The position numbers and the translations under genes are program-made. 64,000 bases of DNA from an uncultured Planctomycetia bacterium (GTDB lineage Bacteria; Omnitrophota; Gorgyraeia; Tantalellales; Tantalellaceae), in assembly GCA_964572255.1 (NCBI GenBank), contig CAZNEE010000002.1:210942-274941 (forward strand), written 5' to 3'. The notes under the pieces are model-generated. The model was not told where the DNA came from, ran no database searches, and saw nothing but the letters and a program-made list of their open reading frames with translations. This document shows, piece by piece, positions 11,693 to 20,790 of the stretch (position 1 is the first letter of the stretch; each line of letters opens with the position of its first letter).

Positions 11693-11716
11693 CGTTTTCC
11701 TTTTTTTTATAAATAA

Positions 11717-11795
11717 TGGTCGGGACGGCCGGATTCGAACCGGCGACCCCTAGTCCCCCAGACTAGTGCGCTAAGCCAGACTGCGCTACGTCCCG
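11717..11795 (-). tRNA. tRNA-Pro (anticodon GGG), CCA encoded
   Basis: Reverse complement CGGGACG-TAGCGCAGTCTGGCTTAGCGC-A-CTAGT-CTGGGGG-ACTAG-GGGTC-GCCGG-TTCGAAT-CCGGC-CGTCCCG-ACCA folds as a canonical cloverleaf. Confidence 0.96.
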
Positions 11796-11797
11796 AA

Positions 11798-12781
11798 TCA
11801 ATATATTTCTTCTTTCAGATCCCGCCTCATCAGTTCCTTAACAGCCAACTTGGGATCTTTACCTTCATAAATGATCTGGTATATCTTTTCGGTTATCGGC
11901 ATGTCAACCGAATATTTCTTCGCAAGTTCATACGCTGATCTCGATGTAGCAACGCCTTCAATAGCCATCTCAGTTTCATCCAGGATCTCTTCAACGCTCT
12001 TACCTTTGCCTAACTCTTCTCCAAACCAGCGGTTTCTGCTGTGTGTACTTATACAAGTTGTTGTAAGATCTCCCATGCCGCTCAACCCGCTGAAAGTTTC
12101 TCTTCGAGCGCCCATTTTCACTCCCAAACGCGTAATTTCAGCCAACCCTCTTGTTAAGAGGCCCGCTTTTGTGTTTGTCCCGAAACCAAGCGCATCTGAA
12201 ATGCCTGCCGCAATAGCGATAATATTTTTTAACGCTCCGCCAAGCTCGACACCGATAACATCATTCGATGTATATGCCCTGAAACTCTCGGTTGATAACA
12301 GTTTCTGCAGATCCTTCTTCCAGTCATCAAGGGTCGCAACTACAACTGCCGTAGGCATGTTTCTCGCTACTTCATAAGAAATGCTCGGCCCTGAAAGGAC
12401 CCCTATATGTTCTTCGGGAAAATATTCTTGGAGTATTTCCGACGGCCTTTTAAGAGAGGCCTTTTCAATGCCTTTTGTAGCGCTGACAATATATGAGAAA
12501 GAAGCGTCCTTAAACCGGTCTATAACCGATCTTAAATACTCACAAGGAATTACAAAAAGAGCGTATTCAGCGTCCTTAACCTCATCATCATCTGAAGTTA
12601 TCACGAGATCTTTCGGGATCTTTACTCCCTCTAAAAATTTCGTATTTTCCCTCTTTTTATTTAGATAGGCGGCGTATTCGCCAAAAGCGCTCCAAAGGAC
12701 AGTATCCACCCCTTTGGCGTGCAAAATAATAGCAAGCGCTGTTCCCCAGCCGCCATCTCCTAAAACACATACTTTAGCCAT
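11798..12781 (-). CDS. gpsA: NAD(P)H-dependent glycerol-3-phosphate dehydrogenase
   Basis: VLGDGGWGTALA, SATKGIE, LSGPSISYEV, GVELGGALKNIIAIAAG, GMGDLTTTC, SRNR. Start set at 12781 because ATG 12790 lies only 3 nt from the predicted -10. Confidence 0.95.
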   Translation of the reverse strand: MAKVCVLGDGGWGTALAIILHAKGVDTVLWSAFGEYAAYLNKKRENTKFLEGVKIPKDLVITSDDDEVKDAEYALFVIPCEYLRSVIDRFKDASFSYIVSATKGIEKASLKRPSEILQEYFPEEHIGVLSGPSISYEVARNMPTAVVVATLDDWKKDLQKLLSTESFRAYTSNDVIGVELGGALKNIIAIAAGISDALGFGTNTKAGLLTRGLAEITRLGVKMGARRETFSGLSGMGDLTTTCISTHSRNRWFGEELGKGKSVEEILDETEMAIEGVATSRSAYELAKKYSVDMPITEKIYQIIYEGKDPKLAVKELMRRDLKEEIY

Positions 12782-12793
12782 AATATTCATAGA

Positions 12794-12822
12794 AGTTTAA
12801 CATATATGAATATTATAGTCAA
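12794..12822 (-). promoter_or_regulatory. Sigma70-type promoter for the gpsA-tRNA-hom-thrC block
   Basis: TTGACT (12822-12817), 17-nt spacer, TAAACT (12799-12794) with extended TG. Confidence 0.65.
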
Positions 12823-12888
12823 TGTTATATAGGGGGTAATCCTGTATATTGAAAAATGGACATGAATTCAGAAGTGTTTTTGCTTGTT

Positions 12889-12920
12889 CTTGAGGGTGTC
12901 CCCAAATGGGACGTCCCCGA
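12889..12920. repeat. REP-like palindrome (intergenic copy)
   Basis: CTTGAGGGTGTCCCCAAATGGGACGTCCCCGA: GTCCC/GGGAC stem, closely similar to the repeats at 40401 and 40995. Confidence 0.55.
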
Positions 12921-12925
12921 TAAGT

Positions 12926-12961
12926 AAAACGGGGATGACCTTTCGGCCATCCCCGTTTTTT
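12926..12961. terminator. Bidirectional intrinsic terminator
   Basis: AAAACGGGGATG-ACCTTTCGGC-CATCCCCGTTTTTT: GC-rich stem with A and T tracts on either side. Confidence 0.8.
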
Positions 12962-13000
12962 GGAGGTTAGGGTAGTACATATATCCGCGCAAATTACCGG

Positions 13001-13114
13001 TTAATGCCTATGTATCAGTTCAAGCAATAATACCTGCATCTTTATCACGCTCAGTTTCATAAGCGCCAAAAGGACCAGAAAAAAATGCATAAAATAATTG
13101 CTCGAACGTTTCAT
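13001..13114 (-). CDS. Putative 37-aa hydrophobic small protein
   Basis: GAGGAAG SD-like sequence upstream of ATG 13114; MKRSSNYFMHFFLVLLALMKLSVIKMQVLLLELIHRH*; followed by the terminator. Confidence 0.4.
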   Translation of the reverse strand: MKRSSNYFMHFFLVLLALMKLSVIKMQVLLLELIHRH

Positions 13115-13125
13115 GACTCGCTTCC

Positions 13126-13476
13126 TCATTCACATATCTGTATTTTCAGGATATTCACACAAAACACCTTAAACACCTTCAATCTATCGACTATATAGAA
13201 CTCTCCGGCCATTTTAAACAAAACCTTATTAATTCGCTTTTTACGGTCAATATGCCGAAGTATGTGATATTTCCTCACCGCGCTTCGTTCCTTATCTAAC
13301 TCGATCCAGTGTTCCAGCTCGGCCTTGCTTTGGGCCATGAACATATCCTTAAGATAATATTTACTTATCCATTTTTTGACCATCCGAATTTTGGAACGAT
13401 CGCTTGTCTCTTCTATAGAGATCTCGCGCTTCCTCGGATTTGGTCCAGTTATGTTCTTGTAGATTACTTCTTTCAT
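13126..13476 (-). CDS. Hypothetical basic protein, 116 aa
   Basis: ORF with purine-rich RBS region (AAAGAGAAG) downstream of a good promoter; no family recognised. Confidence 0.7.
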   Translation of the reverse strand: MKEVIYKNITGPNPRKREISIEETSDRSKIRMVKKWISKYYLKDMFMAQSKAELEHWIELDKERSAVRKYHILRHIDRKKRINKVLFKMAGEFYIVDRLKVFKVFCVNILKIQICE

Positions 13477-13523
13477 GCGTCTTCTCTTTACATACTTTTT
13501 AAAAGTTCTTAGAAAGATAAACT

Positions 13524-13552
13524 AAAAAATGGGGCGCACTTACAGCATCCCC
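13524..13552 (-). terminator. Terminator-like hairpin in the leader of the 116-aa gene
   Basis: Minus strand GGGGATGC-TGTAAGT-GCGCCCC followed by ATTTTTT. Confidence 0.45.
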
Positions 13553-13575
13553 TCCCAAATTTCGATTACAGATCA

Positions 13576-13604
13576 AGTATACACCTCTATAAAAAAATAA
13601 GCAA
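13576..13604 (-). promoter_or_regulatory. Sigma70-type promoter
   Basis: TTGCTT (13604-13599), 17-nt spacer, TATACT (13581-13576). Confidence 0.65.
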
Positions 13605-13636
13605 GAAAATATTTCTACCTTTTTTATATTTTACCG

Positions 13637-14254
13637 CTATATCAGCTTCTTCTCTGTCCCCTGGATCAAGCGCTTAATATTCGACCTGTGCCCATACACC
13701 CCCACGGCACATAAAATGCAGCAAAATATTATGAATGAAAGACTTCTGCCGAATACCAATGCCATTATCGGAAGCGCGCATGATGCGACAATTGATGCCA
13801 AAGAAACATAGCGCCATATAAAAAAAATTACCGCCCAAATTATTAAACACGACAGAAATACCAACGGCGCTAAAGCTATCATTACCCCGGCTGTTGTGGC
13901 AACGCCTTTCCCGCCTTTAAATTTCAGAAAAATCGTCCAAATATGTCCCGCAATAACTGCCCCTCCGATCAAGGTTATAAAATAGATCGCGCCTCTAAAA
14001 ACACCCGGATAACTTAACTCCAATACCAGAGGAATGATCGTAACAGCCAAAAAACCTTTCAGAAAATCTATTATAAGAACAATAATACCGGGGACTTTTC
14101 CGATAACGCGAAACACATTTGTAGCACCCACGTTGCCGCTTCCGTGCTCTCTTATGTCGATCCCTTTAAGAAGTTTTCCGAAAATATAAGCAGTTGGTAT
14201 TGAGCCGACTATGTAAGAAATTACAAGTGACAGCAAAAGAAGAAGGATCCTCAT
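13637..14254 (-). CDS. plsY: Acyl-phosphate:glycerol-3-phosphate acyltransferase
   Basis: GSIP, DIREHGSGNVGATNVFR, DFLKG, GHIWTIFLKFKGGKGVAT, YVSLASI, HRSNIKRL. Confidence 0.97.
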   Translation of the reverse strand: MRILLLLLSLVISYIVGSIPTAYIFGKLLKGIDIREHGSGNVGATNVFRVIGKVPGIIVLIIDFLKGFLAVTIIPLVLELSYPGVFRGAIYFITLIGGAVIAGHIWTIFLKFKGGKGVATTAGVMIALAPLVFLSCLIIWAVIFFIWRYVSLASIVASCALPIMALVFGRSLSFIIFCCILCAVGVYGHRSNIKRLIQGTEKKLI

Positions 14255-15597
14255 TTTCTTTCCTTTCTTGATTTTTTTAGTTTTATTTTTACGGGAATAC
14301 CGTTTAACGGCAAGCTTTCTCTCAACTTGTTCTCAATAAAACTCAAATGGACCTGAAGAACATTTGACGGGTTATTGACAAATACCGTAAATTCAAGAGG
14401 CCTTTGTCTTGTCTGTGTCATGTAAAGAAAGTTGGGCCTCATCTTTCTTCTGGGGATGGAGATCAGTGAAGGGTCATCTTTTTCCAGAAGTTTATTCAGA
14501 AATGGCGTCGAGACCTTAAGGTCCAGATTGGCATCAAGTACATTTATTACCGAAAGTGTATCAATGACATTTTTTCCGGTCTTCGCGGAAATAAATTCAA
14601 TAGGATATTTTTTAAGAAAATCTTCGGCATATACCAGATGCCTCCTGTACTCATCTATAGTAACATCTTTTACCTCTTCCGCCAGGTCCCATTTGTTCAC
14701 CACGAGCAAACAGGCTTTTCCTTTTTCCTCGATAAACCTTAGTATGCCTATATCATCCCTTGTTATCCCGTCTTTGGCGTCCAGGATCAGAACCGCCACA
14801 TCGCTTCTTGCGATAGATTCTTTTGACCGCATTATACTGAAAGCGTCAACAACGTTCTTGACCTTTCTTCTGTGCCTTATCCCCGCAGTATCGATCAGTA
14901 TGTAATCCTCATTTTCGTAACTGAAATATGTATCGATCGAATCGCGTGTTGTTCCCGGGACATCGCTTACAATGACCCGTTTGCGGGCAAGAAGATTATT
15001 TATAAAAGAAGATTTTCCGACATTCGGCCTTCCGACAACGGCGATCTTTATATAATGTTTTTCCTCGAACTCGCCCTCTTCCGATGAAACAGCTTCTTTC
15101 AGGAGTTTTTTAAGCCTGGCAATGCCCCTTTTATGCACACAGGAAACAGCAACGGGATCGCCGAAACCCAACTGATAAAATTCCGCGACATCGGACAGGA
15201 GCTTGTCATTATCGGTTTTATTGGCGACCAGAACAACGGCTTTGCTGAATTTTCTTAAAATATCCGCTATTTCTCTGTCCGCAGGTGAAATGCCGCTCTG
15301 GGTATCGGTCACTAATAGTATTACCGAAGATTCCTCCATCGCCTCGCGTATCTGCTCTTTGACCTGAAGGGAAAGCTCGTCCTTATCTTCCGCGGCATAC
15401 CCGCCGGTATCAACTATTTTTATGTTACGGCCTCTTAGATTGACCACGGTCTCGACCCTGTCCCGGGTGGTACCGGATTGTTCGACGACAACAGCCGTCC
15501 TTTTCCCGATTATCTGGTTGAAAAGGGACGATTTGCCGACATTCGGCCTTCCAACAATGCATATTGATGGTATGTGAGAGCGTGAACTATTTTCCAT
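14251..15597 (-). CDS. der: Ribosome biogenesis double GTPase Der/EngA
   Basis: Two G domains (GRPNVGKSS, GTTRD, DTGG/DTAG, NKTD/NKWD) plus C-terminal KH-like domain. Confidence 0.96.
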   Translation of the reverse strand: MENSSRSHIPSICIVGRPNVGKSSLFNQIIGKRTAVVVEQSGTTRDRVETVVNLRGRNIKIVDTGGYAAEDKDELSLQVKEQIREAMEESSVILLVTDTQSGISPADREIADILRKFSKAVVLVANKTDNDKLLSDVAEFYQLGFGDPVAVSCVHKRGIARLKKLLKEAVSSEEGEFEEKHYIKIAVVGRPNVGKSSFINNLLARKRVIVSDVPGTTRDSIDTYFSYENEDYILIDTAGIRHRRKVKNVVDAFSIMRSKESIARSDVAVLILDAKDGITRDDIGILRFIEEKGKACLLVVNKWDLAEEVKDVTIDEYRRHLVYAEDFLKKYPIEFISAKTGKNVIDTLSVINVLDANLDLKVSTPFLNKLLEKDDPSLISIPRRKMRPNFLYMTQTRQRPLEFTVFVNNPSNVLQVHLSFIENKLRESLPLNGIPVKIKLKKSRKERK

Positions 15598-16120
15598 TGA
15601 TCTGTCGGGCGCCTATCCTGATATAATCCAGGCCGGAGATGACAGTAAAAACAACCGTAATATTCCAAAGCCAGTTTGAATACATGAACTGCACGAGAAG
15701 CGCGATTATGGTGAATATCTGAAAACAAGTTGTGATTTTACCAAGTGCGGTAGGTTTAACTTCCAAATTACCCGTAATGAGATAAATAAATGCCGCGCCT
15801 ATAAGAATAATAACGTCTCTGCTGATAACCACTATCGGGACATAGACCGGCATTTTAATATATGCCGGAAGCCCTTTAACCAAACTGAAGCTTATATAAG
15901 CGCTTAAAAGAAGCATTTTATCGGCCACGGGGTCCATCATGGTACCCAGCTGAGTTTTCTGATTAAATGTCCTTGCAATATATCCGTCCAGGGCATCTGT
16001 CAGGGCCGCCAGCAGAAAGATCCCGAAAGCCAAGCTAAGCCGGTGATATAAAATAGATATTATAAAAACAGGGACAAGTATTATCCTGAAAACCGTTAAT
16101 CTGTTCGCCCAATTCATCAA
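15587..16120 (-). CDS. pgsA: CDP-alcohol phosphatidyltransferase (PgsA-like)
   Basis: ANRLTVFR; DALDGYIAR...GTMMDPVADK CDP-alcohol signature; several TM segments. Confidence 0.85.
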   Translation of the reverse strand: MMNWANRLTVFRIILVPVFIISILYHRLSLAFGIFLLAALTDALDGYIARTFNQKTQLGTMMDPVADKMLLLSAYISFSLVKGLPAYIKMPVYVPIVVISRDVIILIGAAFIYLITGNLEVKPTALGKITTCFQIFTIIALLVQFMYSNWLWNITVVFTVISGLDYIRIGARQINGK

Positions 16121-16713
16121 TCACCCTCGTGTATCATGCGGATCCGCCTGATCGGCCAATGGATCATGAAAGCTTTTCCGACTATTTTTTCAAACGGCGC
16201 AAACCCCCAGTACCTTGAATCCATTGAGTTCGCGCTGTTATCGCCCAAAACGTAAAACTGGCCCTCGGGCACACGGACGGGCTTGTGATCATTCCCGTAC
16301 TTGCCGCGATTATAATAGAATATCCGGTTAAAGGGACTCTCTGTGATCTGTTCCCCGTCTATGTAAAGTTTTCCGTTTTTTATTTCAACAGTCTGTCCTT
16401 CTTTGGCGATAAAACGTTTGACAAGGAATTTTTTCTTCTCAACAGGCGAAAGGAAAACCACAATATCCCCCAGCTTGGGCCACTTATCATCCGGTATCCT
16501 TATATCGGTAAAAGGTATTTTTGTGCCGTAAGAGTATTTTGTGACAAATATCCTGTCTCCCGGCATGAAAGTGGGTTCCATTGAACCCGTCGGTATTTTA
16601 AAAGGCTGGATGATAAACGTTCTTATTAAAAGCGCCAGCACAGCCGCGATAATTATCGGCTTTACCCACTCTTCCCATAAATATTCCCATTTGCTTCCGA
16701 ATGATCTTTTCAT
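16117..16713 (-). CDS. lepB: Signal peptidase I
   Basis: IPTGSMEPT (Ser), LVKR (Lys), GDNSANSMDSRYWG; follows lepA. Confidence 0.95.
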   Translation of the reverse strand: MKRSFGSKWEYLWEEWVKPIIIAAVLALLIRTFIIQPFKIPTGSMEPTFMPGDRIFVTKYSYGTKIPFTDIRIPDDKWPKLGDIVVFLSPVEKKKFLVKRFIAKEGQTVEIKNGKLYIDGEQITESPFNRIFYYNRGKYGNDHKPVRVPEGQFYVLGDNSANSMDSRYWGFAPFEKIVGKAFMIHWPIRRIRMIHEGD

Positions 16714-16727
16714 TTATTGACCTTTCT

Positions 16728-18527
16728 TTACGACACTCTCATTACTTTCAAAAATGCCTCCTTCGGAACGTCCACTTTGCCGATCCTGCGCATTTTTTTC
16801 TTTCCCTCTTTTTGTTTTTCCCACAATTTACGTTTTCTTGTTATATCACCGCCGTAACATTTGCCGGTAACGTGTTTCTTGAGCGCCGAAATGTTCTCCC
16901 GCGCAATAACCTCGCCGCCTACAGATGCCTGCACGGCTATCTTGAAAAGATGTTTAGGTATCGATTCTTTCAGCTTAGCCGCCAATTCTCTTCCGCGTTC
17001 CCTGGCCTTGCTTTTATGTATCAAAGTCGAAAGCGCGTCGCAGGATACGCCGTTAATAAGAACGTCCAATTTAACTATATCCGACTTTCTGTACCCTATA
17101 AACTCATAGTCAAGTGAGCCGTAACCCTGCGTGCAGGATTTTATCTTATCGTAAAAATCGATAACGATCTCCGCTAAAGGGATATTATAGGCGATCTGGA
17201 CCTTTGTGGGATCAAGATATTTGGTACTGATAAACTCTCCCCGCTTGTTTTCGCAAAGTTTCATTATGGCGCCGATACTTTCGGAAGGCGCAAAAACATA
17301 ACACCTGACATACGGCTCTTCCGCGTACTCTATCCTTTCTTTGGCAGGATATTTTGTCGGGTTATCTATCTCCTGCAGGTCTCCGTGGATCTCTTTTACC
17401 ATATACGTCACACTCGGCGATGAAACTATCAAGTCCAGATCGAATTCGCGTTCCAGGCGTTCCTGTACGATCTCCATGTGCAGGAGCCCCAGGAAACCGC
17501 ACCTGAACCCGAACCCTAATGCCGCGGAAATTTCCGGCTCATACGTAAAGGAAGAATCCGAGAGCCTGAGCTTTTCCATTGCGCTCTTGAGGTCTTCGTA
17601 GTCTTCATTTGTCACAGGATATACACCGCTGAAAACCATCGGTTTTACTTTTTTATAACCCGGAAGAGGTGCTGTCGCGGGCCTTTCCAGATCTGTTATA
17701 GTATCACCCACGACTACTTCTCTTGCGTCTTTGATATTGCATACGATGTATCCGACTTCACCGCAATCTAACTTATCAACGGCCTGTTCTTTGGGCGTGA
17801 ATATACCGACTTCCTTAACTTCGTACTTTGTGCCCCTGTTCATCATTTCAACTCCCATGCCGGCATGAATAGACCCGTTCATGATACGCACGTAAATTAT
17901 CACGCCGCGATATATATCATAAGAAGAGTCGAAGATAAGAGCCTGGAGAGGTTCTTTCTCCTCTCCTGCAGGAGGTGAGATCCTCTTCACTATCGCCTCG
18001 AGAACATCATCGGTGCCTGTCCCTTCTTTCGCGCTTGCAAGAATAATATCCTCTTCCTTCACCCCAAGGACTTCCTTCATCTGTTTTGTGATCTCGTCTA
18101 TCCTTGCGCTTTTAAGGTCTACCTTGTTTATAACAGGTATTATCAAAAGATCATGTTCCATCGCCAAATACAGATTGGCAACAGTCTGCGCCTCAACGCC
18201 CTGAACGGCATCTACCAAAAGTATCGCGCCCTCGCAGGCCGCGATGCTTTTGGATACTTCATAAGAAAAATCAACATGCCCGGGAGTATCGATAAGATTA
18301 AGAAAATAGGTGCTCCCGTCTTTGGCTTTGTATTTGATCTTTACCGCGCTGGATTTTATGGTTATACCGCGTTCTCTTTCCAGGTCCATGCTGTCCAGAA
18401 GCTGGTCATGGAACTCCCTTGCTGACACCGCCCCGGTACGCTGGATCATCCTGTCAGCTAATGTGGATTTTCCGTGGTCTATATGCGCGATTATGCAGAA
18501 GTTTCGTATTTGTTTCAGTTTATTCAT
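16728..18527 (-). CDS. lepA: Translation elongation factor 4
   Basis: IIAHIDHGKSTLADR, DTPGHVDFSYEVS, GFRCGFLGLLHMEI, KCYGGDITRKRKLWEKQKEGKK. Confidence 0.98.
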   Translation of the reverse strand: MNKLKQIRNFCIIAHIDHGKSTLADRMIQRTGAVSAREFHDQLLDSMDLERERGITIKSSAVKIKYKAKDGSTYFLNLIDTPGHVDFSYEVSKSIAACEGAILLVDAVQGVEAQTVANLYLAMEHDLLIIPVINKVDLKSARIDEITKQMKEVLGVKEEDIILASAKEGTGTDDVLEAIVKRISPPAGEEKEPLQALIFDSSYDIYRGVIIYVRIMNGSIHAGMGVEMMNRGTKYEVKEVGIFTPKEQAVDKLDCGEVGYIVCNIKDAREVVVGDTITDLERPATAPLPGYKKVKPMVFSGVYPVTNEDYEDLKSAMEKLRLSDSSFTYEPEISAALGFGFRCGFLGLLHMEIVQERLEREFDLDLIVSSPSVTYMVKEIHGDLQEIDNPTKYPAKERIEYAEEPYVRCYVFAPSESIGAIMKLCENKRGEFISTKYLDPTKVQIAYNIPLAEIVIDFYDKIKSCTQGYGSLDYEFIGYRKSDIVKLDVLINGVSCDALSTLIHKSKARERGRELAAKLKESIPKHLFKIAVQASVGGEVIARENISALKKHVTGKCYGGDITRKRKLWEKQKEGKKKMRRIGKVDVPKEAFLKVMRVS

Positions 18528-18530
18528 TTA

Positions 18531-19958
18531 TTATTTCATCAACCTAAACGCGTATTTTTTGCCTATTAGAGCATATTTCTCGGTTTTCTTTTTTGAATTT
18601 GTCTCACTATAAATCCTTAGTTTCGGCTCGGTACCTGAAAGCCTGAGAAGCATCCAGCTGCCGTCCTCACATATAAATTTAGTACCGTCATAATCCTTTA
18701 TGTCCACGACTTTCTTATTTAAAATTGATTTAAGAGGATCTTTTTTCATCCCCGCAAGAAGTTTTTTTCTCTTCTCTTCAGGAAAAACGCAATCGTTCCT
18801 GGCATAGACAAACTTGCCGTATTCTTTATCTACATCATCAACGACCTCACTGAGCGATTCTTTCCAGTTCGCCATAAGTTCCATAACAAGCATCGCGCTC
18901 AAGAAACTATCCCTCTCGGGAATATAGTCCTTAAAACCTATGCCGCCGGTCTCTTCTCCGCCGATAAGAATATCTTCCTTCGTCATGAGTTCGCATATAT
19001 ACTTGAACCCCACGGGCGTCTCATGCATCTTTATCCCGTATTTTTCGCATATTTTATTTATCAGCACGGTCCCGCAAATAGTCTGCACTACGCCTCCGCG
19101 CATGCCCCTGTTTTCATGCAGATGCAGAAGAAGCAGCGCCATCAGTTTGTGTCCCGAAAGGAGGTTCCCTTTTTCGTCGACGATCGCTACGCGATCGGCA
19201 TCTCCGTCAGTCGCCACCCCCAGATCATATTTCCCGCTTTTTACTCTCTTGATAAGTTCTTTCAGGTTCTGAAGCTTCGGCTCAGGTGCTATGCCCCTGA
19301 ATCCGGGGTTTCTTTCAGCGTTTATAAAATCCACTCTTATATTCGTACCCTTCAGCATATCCCTGAGATATGTTCCGCCTACACCGTTCATGGAATCCAC
19401 CAATACTTTGAACCTTTTCTTCTTCAAAGCTTTCATGTCCGCGTATTTTCTGATAAAATCTATCTGCTCTTTTGTGATATCTTTGCATACGACCTTCTTC
19501 TTTTCTCTTGCCTCTTCTATTCCCATGGTTTTGACAGGATTCTTATGAAGTTTCTTTTCTATTTTTTCTATGATATCAGTGCCGGCAGATCCCCCGAAAA
19601 ACCCCTTATACTTGATGCCATTGTACGCCGCGGGATTATGGCTGGCGGTCACCATTACCCCGCCCGTAAGTTTATTGTTCTTTATGTAAAAACTCACGGC
19701 CGGAGTGGAACAGGCATTATCCGAAAGTATGACCTTCATGCCGTTAGCCGCAAGAACACACGCTATGGCCTCGGCGAACTTATCAGAAAGAAACCTGGTA
19801 TCATAACCGACTAAAACTTTTTTCTTTCCATATATGGACGACTTCTGCGAATTTATAAAGTCCGCGATAGCCTGTGTCACTATCCTGACATTTTCAAAAG
19901 TAAAATCTTCGCCTATTATCGCTCTCCATCCGTCCGTTCCGAATTTTATCTTTGCCAT
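18531..19958 (-). CDS. Phosphoglucomutase/phosphomannomutase family protein
   Basis: FGTDGWR, TASHNP (phosphoserine), DGDADR, GGEETGG, RLSGTEPKLRIY. Confidence 0.93.
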   Translation of the reverse strand: MAKIKFGTDGWRAIIGEDFTFENVRIVTQAIADFINSQKSSIYGKKKVLVGYDTRFLSDKFAEAIACVLAANGMKVILSDNACSTPAVSFYIKNNKLTGGVMVTASHNPAAYNGIKYKGFFGGSAGTDIIEKIEKKLHKNPVKTMGIEEAREKKKVVCKDITKEQIDFIRKYADMKALKKKRFKVLVDSMNGVGGTYLRDMLKGTNIRVDFINAERNPGFRGIAPEPKLQNLKELIKRVKSGKYDLGVATDGDADRVAIVDEKGNLLSGHKLMALLLLHLHENRGMRGGVVQTICGTVLINKICEKYGIKMHETPVGFKYICELMTKEDILIGGEETGGIGFKDYIPERDSFLSAMLVMELMANWKESLSEVVDDVDKEYGKFVYARNDCVFPEEKRKKLLAGMKKDPLKSILNKKVVDIKDYDGTKFICEDGSWMLLRLSGTEPKLRIYSETNSKKKTEKYALIGKKYAFRLMK

Positions 19959-19969
19959 ACCTGCCCCTT

Positions 19970-20614
19970 CTATTCTCCTCTCAATTCCCTGATCGCTTTG
20001 GCGTAATCATCGGTCTTGAAGATCGATGTACCCGCAACAAGCACATCCACTCCCGCACTGGCCGCTTTTTTAGCGGTTTGGGTATTTATCCCGCCGTCAA
20101 CCGCAACGAGCCCATTGAACTTTTCTTTAAGTTTTTTTATCTTCGGCATCATGTCCGACATGAATTCCTGTCCGCCAAAACCCGGTTCAACAGTCATGAC
20201 AAGAACCATATCCACCAAATCGATCACCTCATTTAGCGCGGATATATCCGTTCCGGGTTTTATGGATACTCCTGCCTGTTTTCCGTTCTTTTTTATTCTC
20301 TCCGCGACAGCCCTGCAATTTGGACATGCTTCTACATGATAAACGATCAAGTCGCTCCCGGCCTTTGCGAAATCATCGACATATCTTATTGGATCATTGA
20401 TCATAAGATGCACATCGAAAAAAAGGTCTGTTATGGGCCTTATGGACTTGACCACAGTAGGGCCTATAGTGATGTTCGGAACGAACATGCCGTCCATGAC
20501 ATCCACGTGTATCCAGTCCGCCCCGGCTTTCTCGACCGCTTTCACCTCTTCACCGAGTTTGCTAAAATCAGCTGAAAGTATGCTCGGCGCAACCAAAATC
20601 TTCTTCTTGTTCAT
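19970..20614 (-). CDS. rpe: Ribulose-phosphate 3-epimerase
   Basis: APSILSADF, HVDVMDGMFVPNIT, DVHLM, MTVEPGFGGQ, VDGGIN. Start set at ATG 20614 (GGGAG upstream); the longer 20698 ORF runs into a structured intergenic element. Confidence 0.96.
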   Translation of the reverse strand: MNKKKILVAPSILSADFSKLGEEVKAVEKAGADWIHVDVMDGMFVPNITIGPTVVKSIRPITDLFFDVHLMINDPIRYVDDFAKAGSDLIVYHVEACPNCRAVAERIKKNGKQAGVSIKPGTDISALNEVIDLVDMVLVMTVEPGFGGQEFMSDMMPKIKKLKEKFNGLVAVDGGINTQTAKKAASAGVDVLVAGTSIFKTDDYAKAIRELRGE

Positions 20615-20634
20615 GTCATGTCTCCCACAATTAT

Positions 20635-20790
20635 TACAAACATTTGCATTGTTCCTCGCAGGGACGTCAAATTTTCCCAGCGAGAAAATTTGACTCAAAA
20701 ATCTTCTCGCTCTCGCTGCATTTAATGCGCCAGCGAACCGTGCCCGCTCGCAGATTTGATGCCCTGCTCAAAACATAGCAAATATTCGTA
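20635..20790. repeat. 156-bp structured intergenic element with imperfect terminal inverted repeats (MITE/ERIC-like or structured RNA)
   Basis: TACAAACATTTGCATTGTTCCTCGCAGGGACGTCAAAT pairs with ATTTGATGCCCTGCTCAAAACATAGCAAATATTCGTA; internal perfect 11-bp stem GTCAAATTTTC/GAAAATTTGAC. Confidence 0.6.

Noticed and set aside
11717-11795. tRNA-Pro as an integration site
   Set aside because: No integrase and no duplicated tRNA 3' end seen; the flanks are housekeeping genes.
20615-20698. N-terminal extension of Rpe
   Set aside because: It reads through the inverted-repeat element; ATG 20614 has an SD and gives a normal Rpe N-terminus.
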